Source: Candidatus Omnitrophota bacterium
Lineage (GTDB): Bacteria > Omnitrophota > Gorgyraeia > JAGLLT01
Length of the DNA stretch: 64,000 nt
Assembly: GCA_030632085.1 (NCBI GenBank)
Contig: DAOVJY010000002.1
Location: 77,325-141,324 of the forward strand
Direction of reading: 5' to 3'
Shown here: positions 35,046 through 45,146 of the stretch, in pieces
Layout: each line of letters opens with the position of its first letter
How positions within the stretch are numbered: the first letter of the stretch is position 1
Notes under the pieces: generated by a model
What the model was told of the DNA's origin: nothing
Database searches by the model: none
Seen by the model: the letters and a program-made list of their open reading frames with translations, nothing else
Position numbers and translations under genes: made by a program

Positions 35046-36380
35046 TTGTCAAAGACATTTAAAGGTGGTATTTTCCTTCCGGAAAATAAGCATTTATCAG
35101 AAACCCTGCCAATAGAAATTATTTCTTTACCGAATAGAGTAATCATTCCTCTTGCATTTTATGGCGGTAAGAAATGTGAACCAAATATAAAAGAGGGTGA
35201 TCGGGTAAGCACCGGCCAGGTGCTTTGCGAACCGCAAGAGCATATATCTACTTTTATCCATTCGAGCATTTCAGGTGTTGTAAGTAAAATTGGAGAATTT
35301 CCTCATCCCGTTCTTAAGAAAAGCTATGGAGTGCTTATTGAGTCTGATGGAAAAGATTTAAAGGGATTTGAGGAGGGTGAAAGAAACTGGCAGAGTTTAT
35401 CAGGTGAAGAAATTATTAAAATTATAAAAGAGGCGGGTGTTGTTGGCTTAGGTGGTGCCGGTTTTCCAACGCACGCGAAATTACGTATTCAGGATAAAAA
35501 ACAAGTTGACGCATTTTTAATTAACTTAATTGAGTGTGAACCATATTTAACGGTTGATTATCGTTTAGCTTTAGAGAGATTTGATGAAATACTATCCGGT
35601 ATTAATATTCTGCTTAAGGTTTTAAGAGCTGAGAAAGCCTATCTGGCGGTTGCTGCCGATAAAAAAGAACTAATAGAGCATTTAAGCGTTAAAACGCGCG
35701 AAAGCAAAAATGTTGAAATAATTACTTTAAAGCATAAGTACCCGCAAGGAGAAGAAAGCCAGTTGATTAAAGCGGCCCTGGGAAGAATTATCCCTAAGGG
35801 CAAATTACCTTGTGATGTAGGAGTTGTGGTTGATAATGTGCAAACTGTTTATGCTGTTTTTGAGGCTGTCTGCCGCAAAAAACCTTTTTATGAAAGAGTT
35901 ATTACCGTTACCGGCCGGGGCATTAAAGAACCCAAGAATTTATTGGTTCGTATTGGCACCAGATTGCAGGACATTATTAATTATTGCGGCGGGTTTCAAG
36001 CTGATAAATTAAGAATAATTTATGGAGGCCCTATGATGGGTGTAGCTCAGGATAATTTAGATATGCCTATTACTAAGGAGACATCCGGTATTATATGCCT
36101 GCCTTTTAATAAAAAAGAAGAAATAAAAGAATCAGCTTGTCTTAGGTGTGGTAGATGTGTTGATGTTTGTCCCAGAAATTTATTACCCCTTGAAATGAAT
36201 AGGCTCATAAAAAATAAAAAATGGGATGAGCTGGAAGCGTATAATATTTCCGAGTGTATGCTTTGCGGTGCTTGTAACTATATTTGTCCGGCTAACATAC
36301 CCTTAGCCGCTAGAATGGCTTTAGGCAAAAGAGCATTAACCAGCATTAAGAAGGTAAGGTCAAGAAAAAATGGCAGCTGA
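35046..36380 (+). CDS. rnfC: Rnf electron-transport complex subunit C
   Basis: GLGGAGFPTHAKL motif and two 4Fe-4S motifs CLRCGRCVDVCP and CMLCGACNYICP. Confidence 0.9.
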   Translation: MSKTFKGGIFLPENKHLSETLPIEIISLPNRVIIPLAFYGGKKCEPNIKEGDRVSTGQVLCEPQEHISTFIHSSISGVVSKIGEFPHPVLKKSYGVLIESDGKDLKGFEEGERNWQSLSGEEIIKIIKEAGVVGLGGAGFPTHAKLRIQDKKQVDAFLINLIECEPYLTVDYRLALERFDEILSGINILLKVLRAEKAYLAVAADKKELIEHLSVKTRESKNVEIITLKHKYPQGEESQLIKAALGRIIPKGKLPCDVGVVVDNVQTVYAVFEAVCRKKPFYERVITVTGRGIKEPKNLLVRIGTRLQDIINYCGGFQADKLRIIYGGPMMGVAQDNLDMPITKETSGIICLPFNKKEEIKESACLRCGRCVDVCPRNLLPLEMNRLIKNKKWDELEAYNISECMLCGACNYICPANIPLAARMALGKRALTSIKKVRSRKNGS

Positions 36381-37305
36381 TTTTATTATATCAGATTCAC
36401 CATATATTCATTCAGGCAAGTCAACTAAAAAAATAATGTTTTTAGTTATGCTTGCTTTACTGCCGGCAATATTTGCCTCTGTATATTACTTTCGCGCGGG
36501 TGCTATATACTTAATTTCCACTTGTGTTATTAGCTGTGTCGTTTTTGAATACCTTATTCGGAAAATACGGCATAAAGAAACAACAATTTATGATTTAAGC
36601 GCGGTTGTGACCGGTATATTAATGGCTTTAATTTTACCTCCTAATTTTCCTTTGGGGGCGGCGGTTGTTGGTTGTTTGGCGGCCGTTTTTTTAGGCAAAG
36701 AGGTTTTTGGCGGCTTAGGCTCAAATATCTTTAATCCGGCATTAGTCGGCAGAGCTTTTTTGATGGCTACATTTCCCGTTTTAACTACTACCTGGTGTGA
36801 ACCATTTAGCCTGCAGGCGGTGACTACAGCTACACCTTTAGGGCTTATGAAATTTCAAAATGTAACAACCGATTTACAATCTTTGTTTTGGGGTAACGTT
36901 TCAGGTTCTCTGGGTGAGACGTCAGCCATCGCTTTACTTTTAGGTGGCATAATTCTCTTGCTATACAGAGTTATCGATTGGAGGATACCTTTTGGTTATA
37001 TAGTTACGGTAGCACTTATTTCCTTGGGCTTTCATTCAGCTAATCCCGCGAGTTACGCGGGCCCTCTTTTTGAAATATTAGCCGGTGGTTTAATTATTGG
37101 AGCTTTTTTTATGGCGTCTGATCCGGTAACTTCTCCTGTAACAAAAAAAGGCAGGTTAATTTTTGGCGCGGGTTGCGGTTTATTAACTATGATTATTAGG
37201 TATTGGGGTGGTTTGCCCGAAGGTGTTATGTATTCAATACTTTTCATGAATGCTCTTAGGCCGCTAATTGATAAGTTTACCCGGCCGATTTGTTTTGGAG
37301 GTTGA
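36370..37305 (+). CDS. rnfD: Rnf complex subunit D
   Basis: Polytopic membrane protein; FMASDPVTSP is the FMN-attachment region of RnfD/NqrB. Confidence 0.9.
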   Translation: MAADFIISDSPYIHSGKSTKKIMFLVMLALLPAIFASVYYFRAGAIYLISTCVISCVVFEYLIRKIRHKETTIYDLSAVVTGILMALILPPNFPLGAAVVGCLAAVFLGKEVFGGLGSNIFNPALVGRAFLMATFPVLTTTWCEPFSLQAVTTATPLGLMKFQNVTTDLQSLFWGNVSGSLGETSAIALLLGGIILLLYRVIDWRIPFGYIVTVALISLGFHSANPASYAGPLFEILAGGLIIGAFFMASDPVTSPVTKKGRLIFGAGCGLLTMIIRYWGGLPEGVMYSILFMNALRPLIDKFTRPICFGG

Positions 37306-37309
37306 TCAT

Positions 37310-37855
37310 ATGAAGCAGAGTTTTAAAATGATATTTTCTCTTTGTTTGATAGCTGTTGTCTCAGCGGTTGTTTTAGCTAAGGTTTACCAGATTACGCAGC
37401 CGGCGATTACAGCTAATGAGAAGAAGGCTACCGAGGTTGCCGTATATAAAGTTGTGAGCGCGGCCAACAGCTACAAAGAAGCTAAAATTGGTGAAATCGA
37501 TATCTTTAAATGTTATGATGAAAATAACAAACTCTGTGGGTTTGCTTTTACCGTTGAGGGAGTAGGTTATCAGGATTTAATTAAAGTTATGGTTGGAGTC
37601 AGTGCTGATTTTAATAAAATATTAGCAATTGAGGTTTTAGAGAATAGTGAAACACCGGGCTTGGGCAATAAGATAGAAACTCCCTGGTTTGAAAATCAAT
37701 TTCAGAATTTAGATCTTCAAAATAAAATAACTGTAGTAAAAGGAGTTCCTCAAAAAAATTCAGAGATACAAGCAATAACGGGGGCAACTATTTCTTCAGA
37801 GGCGGTAGTTGATATTGTTAATAATAAGATTGAAGAACTAAAAAAGTCTAAGTGA
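37310..37855 (+). CDS. rnfG: Rnf complex subunit G
   Basis: N-terminal TM helix; FMN-binding motif ITGATISS. ATG 37310 follows the SD GGAGG. Confidence 0.85.
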   Translation: MKQSFKMIFSLCLIAVVSAVVLAKVYQITQPAITANEKKATEVAVYKVVSAANSYKEAKIGEIDIFKCYDENNKLCGFAFTVEGVGYQDLIKVMVGVSADFNKILAIEVLENSETPGLGNKIETPWFENQFQNLDLQNKITVVKGVPQKNSEIQAITGATISSEAVVDIVNNKIEELKKSK

Positions 37856-37858
37856 TAA

Positions 37859-38485
37859 ATGCGAAAGATTAATGTATTATTTAGTGATTTTATAAAAGGG
37901 CTCTGGCAGGAGAACCCGATATTCCGCCTGCTTATTGGTATGTGTCCTACCTTGGCGGTTACAAGTCAGGTGAAAAATGGTTTAGCTATGGGTTTAGCTA
38001 CCACTTTTACTTTGCTTGCTTCAAGTACAATAATTTCTATATTTAGAAATTTTATTCCAAAAGAAGTTAGAATTCCTTCATATATAGTAATAATTGCTAC
38101 TTTTGTTACTATCGTTTCGCTTTTTTTAAAAGCAAACTTCCCGGAAATAAGTAAAGAATTGGGGCCTTATGTGCCGCTCATTATTGTAAACTGCCTCATC
38201 TTAGGCAGGCAGGAAGCTTTTGCTTCAAAAAATCCTACACATCGGGCTATAGCAGATGCTTTGGGCATGGGAATAGGTTTTACTCTTTCGCTGATAGCCT
38301 TGTCGTCGGTAAGAGAAGTTTTGGGCATGGGGACTCTATTGGGGCATCAGGTAATTTTTGGTAATTTTAGGCCCTGGATTATAATGTTAACTCCACCGGG
38401 AGCTTTTTTAACCTTAGGGTTACTTTTAGGTTTGGTAAATATAATTAATAAGGCCGTTAAAAACAGGAAAAAGAAGAAACAATAA
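37859..38485 (+). CDS. rnfE: Rnf complex subunit E
   Basis: RnfA/E family membrane protein, 208 aa, in the operon order C-D-G-E-A-B. Confidence 0.85.
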   Translation: MRKINVLFSDFIKGLWQENPIFRLLIGMCPTLAVTSQVKNGLAMGLATTFTLLASSTIISIFRNFIPKEVRIPSYIVIIATFVTIVSLFLKANFPEISKELGPYVPLIIVNCLILGRQEAFASKNPTHRAIADALGMGIGFTLSLIALSSVREVLGMGTLLGHQVIFGNFRPWIIMLTPPGAFLTLGLLLGLVNIINKAVKNRKKKKQ

Positions 38486-39073
38486 ATGGTAAAAGAATTA
38501 ATTTTAGTTTTTATCGCCACAGTATTAATAAATAATTTTGTCCTGAAATATTTTTTAGGTATTTGTCCCTTTTTGGGTGTATCTGATAAACTTTCTTCAG
38601 CGATTAGCATGGGGTTCGCGACCACTTTTGTAATGACCATTACCGCTCCGGTCGCCTGGCTGATAAATAATTATATTTTAATTAAATTCGACCTCCCTTT
38701 TTTGCAGTATGTCTGTTTTATTATAGTTATTGCTTCATTGGTTCAATTTGTTGAAATGGTGATAAAAAAGTTTTTTCCTTTACTGCATCAATCAATGGGA
38801 ATTTATTTACCTTTAATAACAACTAATTGCGCGATTCTTTTCATGACATTGCAGTTGGTTTTAAGAGAGTATTCTTTAATTAAAAGTATGGTCTTTGGAT
38901 TTGGTTCCGGAATAGGTTTTACTCTGGCTATAGCTATTATGGCTTCCATTAGAGAAGAACTGGAATTTCGGGATGTACCTGAATCCTTAAAAGGCCCGGG
39001 CATTACTTTAATAATCGCCGGCATTTTAGCTCTTATCTTTGTGGGCTTGGCCGGCTTGATACAGGTTAGATAA
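38486..39073 (+). CDS. rnfA: Rnf complex subunit A
   Basis: RnfA/E family paralog, 195 aa. Confidence 0.85.
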   Translation: MVKELILVFIATVLINNFVLKYFLGICPFLGVSDKLSSAISMGFATTFVMTITAPVAWLINNYILIKFDLPFLQYVCFIIVIASLVQFVEMVIKKFFPLLHQSMGIYLPLITTNCAILFMTLQLVLREYSLIKSMVFGFGSGIGFTLAIAIMASIREELEFRDVPESLKGPGITLIIAGILALIFVGLAGLIQVR

Positions 39074-39076
39074 AAA

Positions 39077-39355
39077 ATGAATATAGTCTTATTGTCAGCG
39101 ATTGTAATGGCTGTGCTGGCTGGAATCCTGGGAGCTATATTAAGTTTCGCGTATAGCAAGCTTAAAGTAGAAGAGGATCCCCGCAGGGAACAGTTGATGG
39201 ACCTTTTGCCGGGAGCTAACTGCGGCGCTTGCGGTGCCGCGAGTTGTGCCGACTTTGCCGATAAATTAATAAAAGGTGAAGCTGATATTTCTAAATGCCG
39301 AATTAGCCTACGTGATGAAGACAATCTGCTCAAGATTAAAGAATTGCTTAAGTGA
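39077..39355 (+). CDS. rnfB: Truncated RnfB-like subunit (TM anchor + N-terminal Fe-S domain only)
   Basis: TM helix and GANCGACGAASCADFADKLIKGEADISKC, the RnfB N-terminal 4Fe-4S domain. The usual tandem ferredoxin domains are absent; the gene ends at the A/C-rich spacer. Confidence 0.7.
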   Translation: MNIVLLSAIVMAVLAGILGAILSFAYSKLKVEEDPRREQLMDLLPGANCGACGAASCADFADKLIKGEADISKCRISLRDEDNLLKIKELLK

Positions 39356-39545
39356 TAATTAGTATTGTAAGTCACAAGACATAAGAAATAAAAAGTTACA
39401 AGACACAAGTCACAAGAGACAAGCAATAGCAAAGAGACAAAAAGCGAAGAGCAAAAAAACAAGAAATAAGAAACAAGTATAAAGTCACAAGTCACATGAC
39501 ACAAGTAAGAAACAAAAAAATAAAAACAAAAGAACATATCTGAAA
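39356..39545 (+). repeat. A/C-rich T-depleted modular intergenic spacer (CACAAG / GTCACAAG / GCGAAGAGC words)
   Basis: About 190 nt, roughly 55% A, with recurring words GTCACAAG (x4), ACAAG (many) and AAGCGAAGAGCAAAAAAACAAG. It shares its vocabulary with the spacers at 34.5, 50.1, 52.7 and 55.8-56.8 kb. Confidence 0.7.
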
Positions 39546-39593
39546 CGCCGCGTATATTATAATTCGGATGTGTCCCTAATTTTAAAAAAGGCT

Positions 39594-39622
39594 TGACAAC
39601 CATTTTGAACAATGGTAAAATA
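39594..39622 (+). promoter_or_regulatory. Sigma-70 promoter TTGACA-N17-TAAAAT upstream of the pyr operon
   Basis: -35 at 39594-39599 and -10 at 39617-39622. It is followed by a ~150-nt leader containing CCAGGAAAGGC, which resembles a PyrR binding loop, and a T-run. Confidence 0.5.
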
Positions 39623-39773
39623 ACTCAAATAATTAAAACCTTTTAACTTGGCACTGTGAGGCCAGGAAAGGCAAAAGATGGAAAAACCATATATACAAAA
39701 TCATAAACCTACTCAGGCAACTGGGTTGGTTATTTTTTTGTCTATTTTTGGCGGTAAAAAAAGGACATAATTT

Positions 39774-40325
39774 ATGAGTAACGATAAGATTAAAATAATT
39801 ATGGATGAAGAGCAGATTAAAAGAGCTCTTATAAGAATCAGCCATGAAATTCTAGAAAAAAACAAAGGTACAAAAGATTTGGCTATTATAGGCATTAGGA
39901 ATCGGGGAGCTTTTTTGGCTGAAAGAATAGCGGCTTTGATTAAAGAGATAGATTCAAAAGAAGTACCCATTGGTATTCTGGATATAACTCTATATCGTGA
40001 CGATTTAACAACCATTGCCTGGCAGCCCGTAGTCCATAAAACCGAGATAGATTTTGACATCGGTGAAAAGAATATTATTTTGGTTGATGATGTGCTTTTT
40101 ACGGGAAGGACCATTAGGTCGGCTCTTGATGCCCTGATTGATTTTGGCAGGCCGGCTAATATTCAGTTAGCTATTTTAGTTGATAGAGGGCATAGAGAGC
40201 TACCCATTAGGGCTGATTATGTAGGTAAGAATGTACCGACTTCGTTGGGTGAGGCGGTTGATGTCCGTTTAGATGAAGTAGATAAAAAAGAAGAAGTGTG
40301 TGTAAGAAAGGTTGATGAGAAATGA
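39774..40325 (+). CDS. pyrR: Pyrimidine operon regulator / uracil phosphoribosyltransferase PyrR
   Basis: PRTase motif [20 protein letters not shown]; 183 aa; first gene of the pyr operon. Confidence 0.9.
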   Translation: MSNDKIKIIMDEEQIKRALIRISHEILEKNKGTKDLAIIGIRNRGAFLAERIAALIKEIDSKEVPIGILDITLYRDDLTTIAWQPVVHKTEIDFDIGEKNIILVDDVLFTGRTIRSALDALIDFGRPANIQLAILVDRGHRELPIRADYVGKNVPTSLGEAVDVRLDEVDKKEEVCVRKVDEK

Positions 40326-41263
40326 AATGGCGGCGAAGAAATTTATTAAGCCTGGAAGATCTTGATAAAGAAGAAATTATCCATATTTTGAACACAACCA
40401 CTTCTTTTAAAGAGATATCTAAAAGGCCCATTAAAAAAGTTCCGGCCTTGAGAGGCAAAACAATAGCAACTTTATTCTTAGAGCCCTCAACCAGGACCAG
40501 AGCATCTTTTGAATTGGCGGCTAAGCGTCTTTCGGCTGATGTGGTCAGCATTTATTCTTCAAGCAGCTCAATCTTAAAAGGAGAAACTCTAAGAGATACC
40601 GCCCGCAATATTGAAGCTATGAATATAGATGCCATAATCATAAGGCATTCCTCGAGCGGTTCTCCGCTTGTATTATCAAGATATGTTAAAGTACCTGTGA
40701 TTAATGCCGGCGACGGGTCTCATGAGCACCCAACACAGGCTCTACTTGATATTTACACAATTAGAGAAAAGAAGAAAAACCTTAAAGGCTTAAAGGTGAG
40801 TATTATCGGAGATATACTGCATTCAAGAGTAGCCAGAAGTAATATCTGGGGTTTGAGTAAGCTTGGGGCTAAAGTCTGCGTTTGCGGCCCGGCTACTTTA
40901 CTACCGTCTGAGATTGAAAAATTGCCTACAAAAGTAACTTATAAAATAGATGAAGCTTTAAAAGACGCTGATGTTGTAATTACTCTGAGAATCCAGCTTG
41001 AGAGGCAAAAAGATAAGTTCTTTCCTTCCTTACGAGAGTATGCCAGAGAGTATGGCCTCAACAGTCAAAATATAAAGCTAGCTAAAAAGGATGTTCTTGT
41101 AATGCATCCGGGGCCCATTAATCGCGGCATTGAGTTATCACAGGAGGTTGCCGACGGCCCCCATTCGGTAATACTGGAGCAGGTAACTAACGGCGTGGCT
41201 GTGCGCATGGCCGTTTTATACCTTCTTTTGCAAAAGGAGGGAAAAAATGAATCTGCTAATTAA
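40322..41263 (+). CDS. pyrB: Aspartate carbamoyltransferase catalytic subunit
   Basis: [13 protein letters not shown] and HPGP motifs. Confidence 0.9.
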   Translation: MKWRRRNLLSLEDLDKEEIIHILNTTTSFKEISKRPIKKVPALRGKTIATLFLEPSTRTRASFELAAKRLSADVVSIYSSSSSILKGETLRDTARNIEAMNIDAIIIRHSSSGSPLVLSRYVKVPVINAGDGSHEHPTQALLDIYTIREKKKNLKGLKVSIIGDILHSRVARSNIWGLSKLGAKVCVCGPATLLPSEIEKLPTKVTYKIDEALKDADVVITLRIQLERQKDKFFPSLREYAREYGLNSQNIKLAKKDVLVMHPGPINRGIELSQEVADGPHSVILEQVTNGVAVRMAVLYLLLQKEGKNESAN

Positions 41264-42530
41264 AGGAGCCAGACTTATAAGCCCGGTCGACAACCTGGAT
41301 AAAGAGCAGGATGTCCTTATTGAAAAAGGGTTAATAAAAAAGATAGCCAAAGGCATAAAAGATCCTAAAGCGAAAGTTATTGAAGCCAAAGGAAAAATTG
41401 TATCTCCGGGATTAATTGATATGCACACTCACCTAAGAGAGCCCGGCAGGGAAGATAAAGAAACTCTTTATACCGGCGCCAGGGCAGCCGTAAGAGGAGG
41501 TTTTACTTCTATAGCGTGCATGGCTAATACCGATCCTCCTCTGGATAGTGAGCAGGATATGGAGTTTGTATTGAGCGAAGCTAAAAAGATTAGCCTGATT
41601 GATATACTGCCCATAGGAGCCGTAACGCTTAAGATGGAACAAAAGCAGTTAACTGAAATTGCCAAACTCAAAAAAGCCGGAGCGGTCGCTCTTTCTGAAG
41701 ATGGGCATACTATTTTGGATAGTAATTTTTTCAGGCGAGCCTTGGAATACGCGAACATGTATGACTTGATTGTAATTTGTCATTGTGAGGATAGTTATCT
41801 TGCCAATGGCGGACAGATAAATGAAGGGTATATGAGTACGCTTTTAGGCCTAAAAGGAATTCCGAATGAAGCTGAGAGTATTATTGTCTCCAGAGATATA
41901 AGCTTAGCTCGCGTTGCCAATGCCCGGATTCATATAGCTCATGCCAGCACTAAAGAATCAATTGATTTAATAAGGCAGGCTAAGAAAGAAAAAATAAAAA
42001 TAACAGCTGAAACCTGCCCGCATTATTTCTTGCTATCGGATGAAGATTTAAAAAATTACAACACTAATTTAAAAGTCAACCCGCCGCTTAGGGCTAAAAA
42101 AGATATAGAAGCCGTAAAAGAAGCTTTAGCTGACGGCACTATTGATATAATTAGTTCCGATCACGCTCCTCATTTAGAGAGCGAAAAAGATTTGGAGTTT
42201 AATAAAGCTCCCTTTGGAATGATTGGCCTGGAAACCAGCCTGGCGGCTTCATTTAAGTTGGTGGAAGATAAGACGCTGAAAATAGAAGAATTGATAATTA
42301 AGATGGCCTCAAAGGCAGCTGAGATATTCAATTTAAAGGCCGGAACAATTAAAGAGGGAGCCTTTGCTGATTTAACTATCATTAATCCCGCGAGCCCCTG
42401 GCGGGTAAAGAGAGAGGAGTTTGAGTCAAAGAGCTCTAACTCTCCTTTTATAGGTAATGAATTTAACGCCAGAGTAGAGGCGGTTGTTTCTAAGGGTAGA
42501 GTTGTGATGGAGAATTTCAAAATTGTTTAA
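41247..42530 (+). CDS. pyrC: Dihydroorotase
   Basis: [10 protein letters not shown] metal-binding motif and amidohydrolase fold; 427 aa. Confidence 0.85.
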   Translation: MNLLIKGARLISPVDNLDKEQDVLIEKGLIKKIAKGIKDPKAKVIEAKGKIVSPGLIDMHTHLREPGREDKETLYTGARAAVRGGFTSIACMANTDPPLDSEQDMEFVLSEAKKISLIDILPIGAVTLKMEQKQLTEIAKLKKAGAVALSEDGHTILDSNFFRRALEYANMYDLIVICHCEDSYLANGGQINEGYMSTLLGLKGIPNEAESIIVSRDISLARVANARIHIAHASTKESIDLIRQAKKEKIKITAETCPHYFLLSDEDLKNYNTNLKVNPPLRAKKDIEAVKEALADGTIDIISSDHAPHLESEKDLEFNKAPFGMIGLETSLAASFKLVEDKTLKIEELIIKMASKAAEIFNLKAGTIKEGAFADLTIINPASPWRVKREEFESKSSNSPFIGNEFNARVEAVVSKGRVVMENFKIV

Positions 42531-42551
42531 CTTTTTACAAGGAGGCGCGTT

Positions 42552-42842
42552 GTGATGAAAAAGTTTTTTTATGTTTTGCTTGTTTTAATATGTATTAGTT
42601 TTATATTAACGGTTCAGGGATGTAATTTTTCCAAAAATTCCACCGGTAATAGGCAGTTAGCCGGTAAGCAAAAAGTTCAGGCTGAAGATTGGCTGCACAG
42701 TGCTGACCTTCTGTATAATGTAAAAGATTATAGCTTCGCGCTTGAATATTATAAGAAGGTTGTAAAATATTATCCGGGAACCAAGTACGCGTCTGAAGCC
42801 CAAAAGAAAATGGATGAAATTCAGAGCACAAAGATCAATTAG
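42552..42842 (+). CDS. Small secreted/lipoprotein with a single TPR-like unit
   Basis: Signal peptide with Cys at position 24; YNVKDYSFALEYYKKVVKYYPGTKYASEAQ; inserted within the pyr operon. Confidence 0.4.
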   Translation: MMKKFFYVLLVLICISFILTVQGCNFSKNSTGNRQLAGKQKVQAEDWLHSADLLYNVKDYSFALEYYKKVVKYYPGTKYASEAQKKMDEIQSTKIN

Positions 42843-42848
42843 CCAAAA

Positions 42849-44081
42849 ATGGAAGTAGTTGTTGATTTTCACATACATTCTAAGTATTCCAGAGCTACAA
42901 GCAAAAATATGGATGTTGAGCATTTGAGTTCGGCCGCGAAGATTAAAGGTATTGATTTAATTGGAACAGGTGATTTTACTCATCCTCAATGGCTCCTTGA
43001 ATTAAAAAGTGGTTTATCTGAAGCCGCGCCCGGTATATACGAAGGCAACGGAACACATTTTGTTCTATCCGCGGAAGTAAACAACATTTATACTAAAACG
43101 CAAAAGTCACGCCGCGTCCATAATCTCCTCATAGCTCCAAATTTTAAAGTGGTTGAAGAGATAAATAAAGCCTTAAGTGAATACGGAGACCTTTTTGCCG
43201 ATGGCAGGCCGATACTTAAACTCGATGCCAAGAAAATGCTTATAATTTTGAGGTCAATAAGCCATGATATATATGTGATTCCGGCTCATTTATGGACACC
43301 CTGGTTCGGGCTTCTGGGTTCGGTAACCGGTTTTAATTCCGTAGAAGAGTGTTTTGAAGAGGAAACAGATAACATTTACGCCGTAGAAACCGGACTAAGC
43401 AGCGACCCGGCTATGAATTGGAGATTAAGTAAATTGGATAAGTTTTGTTTAATATCAAATTCCGACGCCCATTCTCCAAAGAATTTAGGCCGCGAAGTGA
43501 ATATATTTGATTGTGAAATTGATTATTACAAAATAATGGATATTATAAAAAAACGAAACAATAATAAATTTCTTTATACGGTTGAATTTTTCCCTCAAGA
43601 GGGTAAATATCATTATGATGGACACAGGGCTTGTAATCAATGCCTTAGCCCAAAAGAGACTATAAAAAATAATTATAAATGCCCCGTTTGTAAAAAAAAA
43701 GTAACTGTAGGCGTGATGCACAGGGTTGAGGAACTGTCTGATAGGGAGGAAGGTTTTAAAGATAAAAAGTTTATACCTTTTAAGAATATAATCCCTCTGC
43801 GTGAGATTATATCAGAAGCCAAGCAAGTGGGTGTAGACACAAAGGCGGTTCAAACTGAATATAATTATATAATTTCAAGGGCGGGTACGGAATTTGAAGC
43901 TTTACTTAAAAAGTCTAAGGAAGAATTAAAAACTTTTTGCAGCCCTAAAGTAGCAAAAGGGATTATAAGAGTTAGAAACGCCCAGGTGGATATTCATCCC
44001 GGCTATGATGGTGAGTATGGTAAAATAAATATCTTCAACGACGAGGATTCAAATAAAGATAAGCAGCTTACTTTGTTTTAA
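42849..44081 (+). CDS. PHP-domain nuclease with C-terminal zinc ribbon, Endonuclease Q-like
   Basis: N-terminal PHP signature VVDFHIHSKYSRATS...GIDLIGTGDFTHPQW; C-terminal CNQC...CPVCKKK. Size and architecture match EndoQ (TIGR00375-like). Confidence 0.6.
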   Translation: MEVVVDFHIHSKYSRATSKNMDVEHLSSAAKIKGIDLIGTGDFTHPQWLLELKSGLSEAAPGIYEGNGTHFVLSAEVNNIYTKTQKSRRVHNLLIAPNFKVVEEINKALSEYGDLFADGRPILKLDAKKMLIILRSISHDIYVIPAHLWTPWFGLLGSVTGFNSVEECFEEETDNIYAVETGLSSDPAMNWRLSKLDKFCLISNSDAHSPKNLGREVNIFDCEIDYYKIMDIIKKRNNNKFLYTVEFFPQEGKYHYDGHRACNQCLSPKETIKNNYKCPVCKKKVTVGVMHRVEELSDREEGFKDKKFIPFKNIIPLREIISEAKQVGVDTKAVQTEYNYIISRAGTEFEALLKKSKEELKTFCSPKVAKGIIRVRNAQVDIHPGYDGEYGKINIFNDEDSNKDKQLTLF

Positions 44082-44106
44082 AGGGATTAAATTACAAGGA
44101 GAAACA

Positions 44107-45126
44107 ATGAAGAAAGCGTACTTGGTTTTAGAAAACGGCGAGGTTCTGGAAGGTAATTCCTTTGGGGCAAAAAAAGAGGTTGTCGGACACGTGGTTTTTA
44201 ATACGAATATGATGGGTTACCAGGAAGTTATAACCGATCCCGCTTATGCTGACTGCCTGGTAGTTATTACATACCCGCTTATCGGGGCTTGCGGAGTAAA
44301 TGAGAATGATCATAACTCTCATATCGGCGCGGCGAGAGGATTAATTATAAAAGAATATTCGCGAACAGTTTCAAACTGGCAGGCGAGTATGAGCTTGGAA
44401 GATTTCATGAAGAAAAAAGGTATTGTCGGAATTGAGGGAGTTGACACAAGATATTTGACAAGACACGTTGTAAATAGCGGTATTCAAAAAGGGATGATAA
44501 CTAACACAAAAAACAATATTAAATCTCTTTTAAAAAAAATGCGGCAACATAAAGAAGACAGGCTCTATAAAAAAGTTAGCTGTAAGAAAGCTTATAATTG
44601 GGCCGCGAATAAAAAAGCAAAAAAAACCGCCGTAGTTCTTGATTATGGAGTTACTTTCAACCTTTTAAACTGGCTTTCAGAGCAAGATTTTAAGGTGAAG
44701 GTACTGCCGGCAGATACAATTTCTGATAAAATATTAAAGGAAAAAGCGGACTTAATTGTTCTATCAAACGGGCCCGGCAGTCCGCTTGAAGCTAAAAAAG
44801 AAGTTGATAATATCAGTAAACTGCTAGGTGAAAAACCTATTATTGCTTTCGGTTTAGGCAGCTGCTTTCTTGCTATTGCCTTGGGAGCTAAAGTAGAGGC
44901 ATTAAAGTCAGGCCATTACGGTTTCAATAAGGCGATTAAAGATTTAAGGGCCAATAAAGTTTATATAACGCAGCAAGATCACCGTTTTGCCGTTAATAAA
45001 GATTCTTTACCAAAAGAAACCGAATTAATAAGTATTAATTTACACGATGATACACTTGAGGCTTATTCAAATAAGAAGTTTAAGGCGGCGGGTTATTGTT
45101 ATTTACCAACTACAATAAATATTTAA
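44107..45126 (+). CDS. carA: Carbamoyl-phosphate synthase small subunit, with a divergent glutaminase active site
   Basis: The CPSase small-chain N-domain (VVFNTNMMGYQEVITDPAYADCLVVITYPLIG) and a GATase-like C-domain (IVLSNGPGSP). The catalytic motifs GxCLGHQ and HPE are replaced by GLGSCFLA and a C-terminus lacking HPE. Confidence 0.8.
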   Translation: MKKAYLVLENGEVLEGNSFGAKKEVVGHVVFNTNMMGYQEVITDPAYADCLVVITYPLIGACGVNENDHNSHIGAARGLIIKEYSRTVSNWQASMSLEDFMKKKGIVGIEGVDTRYLTRHVVNSGIQKGMITNTKNNIKSLLKKMRQHKEDRLYKKVSCKKAYNWAANKKAKKTAVVLDYGVTFNLLNWLSEQDFKVKVLPADTISDKILKEKADLIVLSNGPGSPLEAKKEVDNISKLLGEKPIIAFGLGSCFLAIALGAKVEALKSGHYGFNKAIKDLRANKVYITQQDHRFAVNKDSLPKETELISINLHDDTLEAYSNKKFKAAGYCYLPTTINI

Positions 45127-45146
45127 ATTAAAGGAGACATACTTTT

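Noticed and set aside
39630-39773. Clean PyrR-dependent terminator/antiterminator in the pyr leader
   Set aside because: A PyrR-box-like CCAGGAAAGGC and a T-run are present, but I could not identify a convincing terminator stem by eye. The attenuator is therefore left as low-confidence text only.
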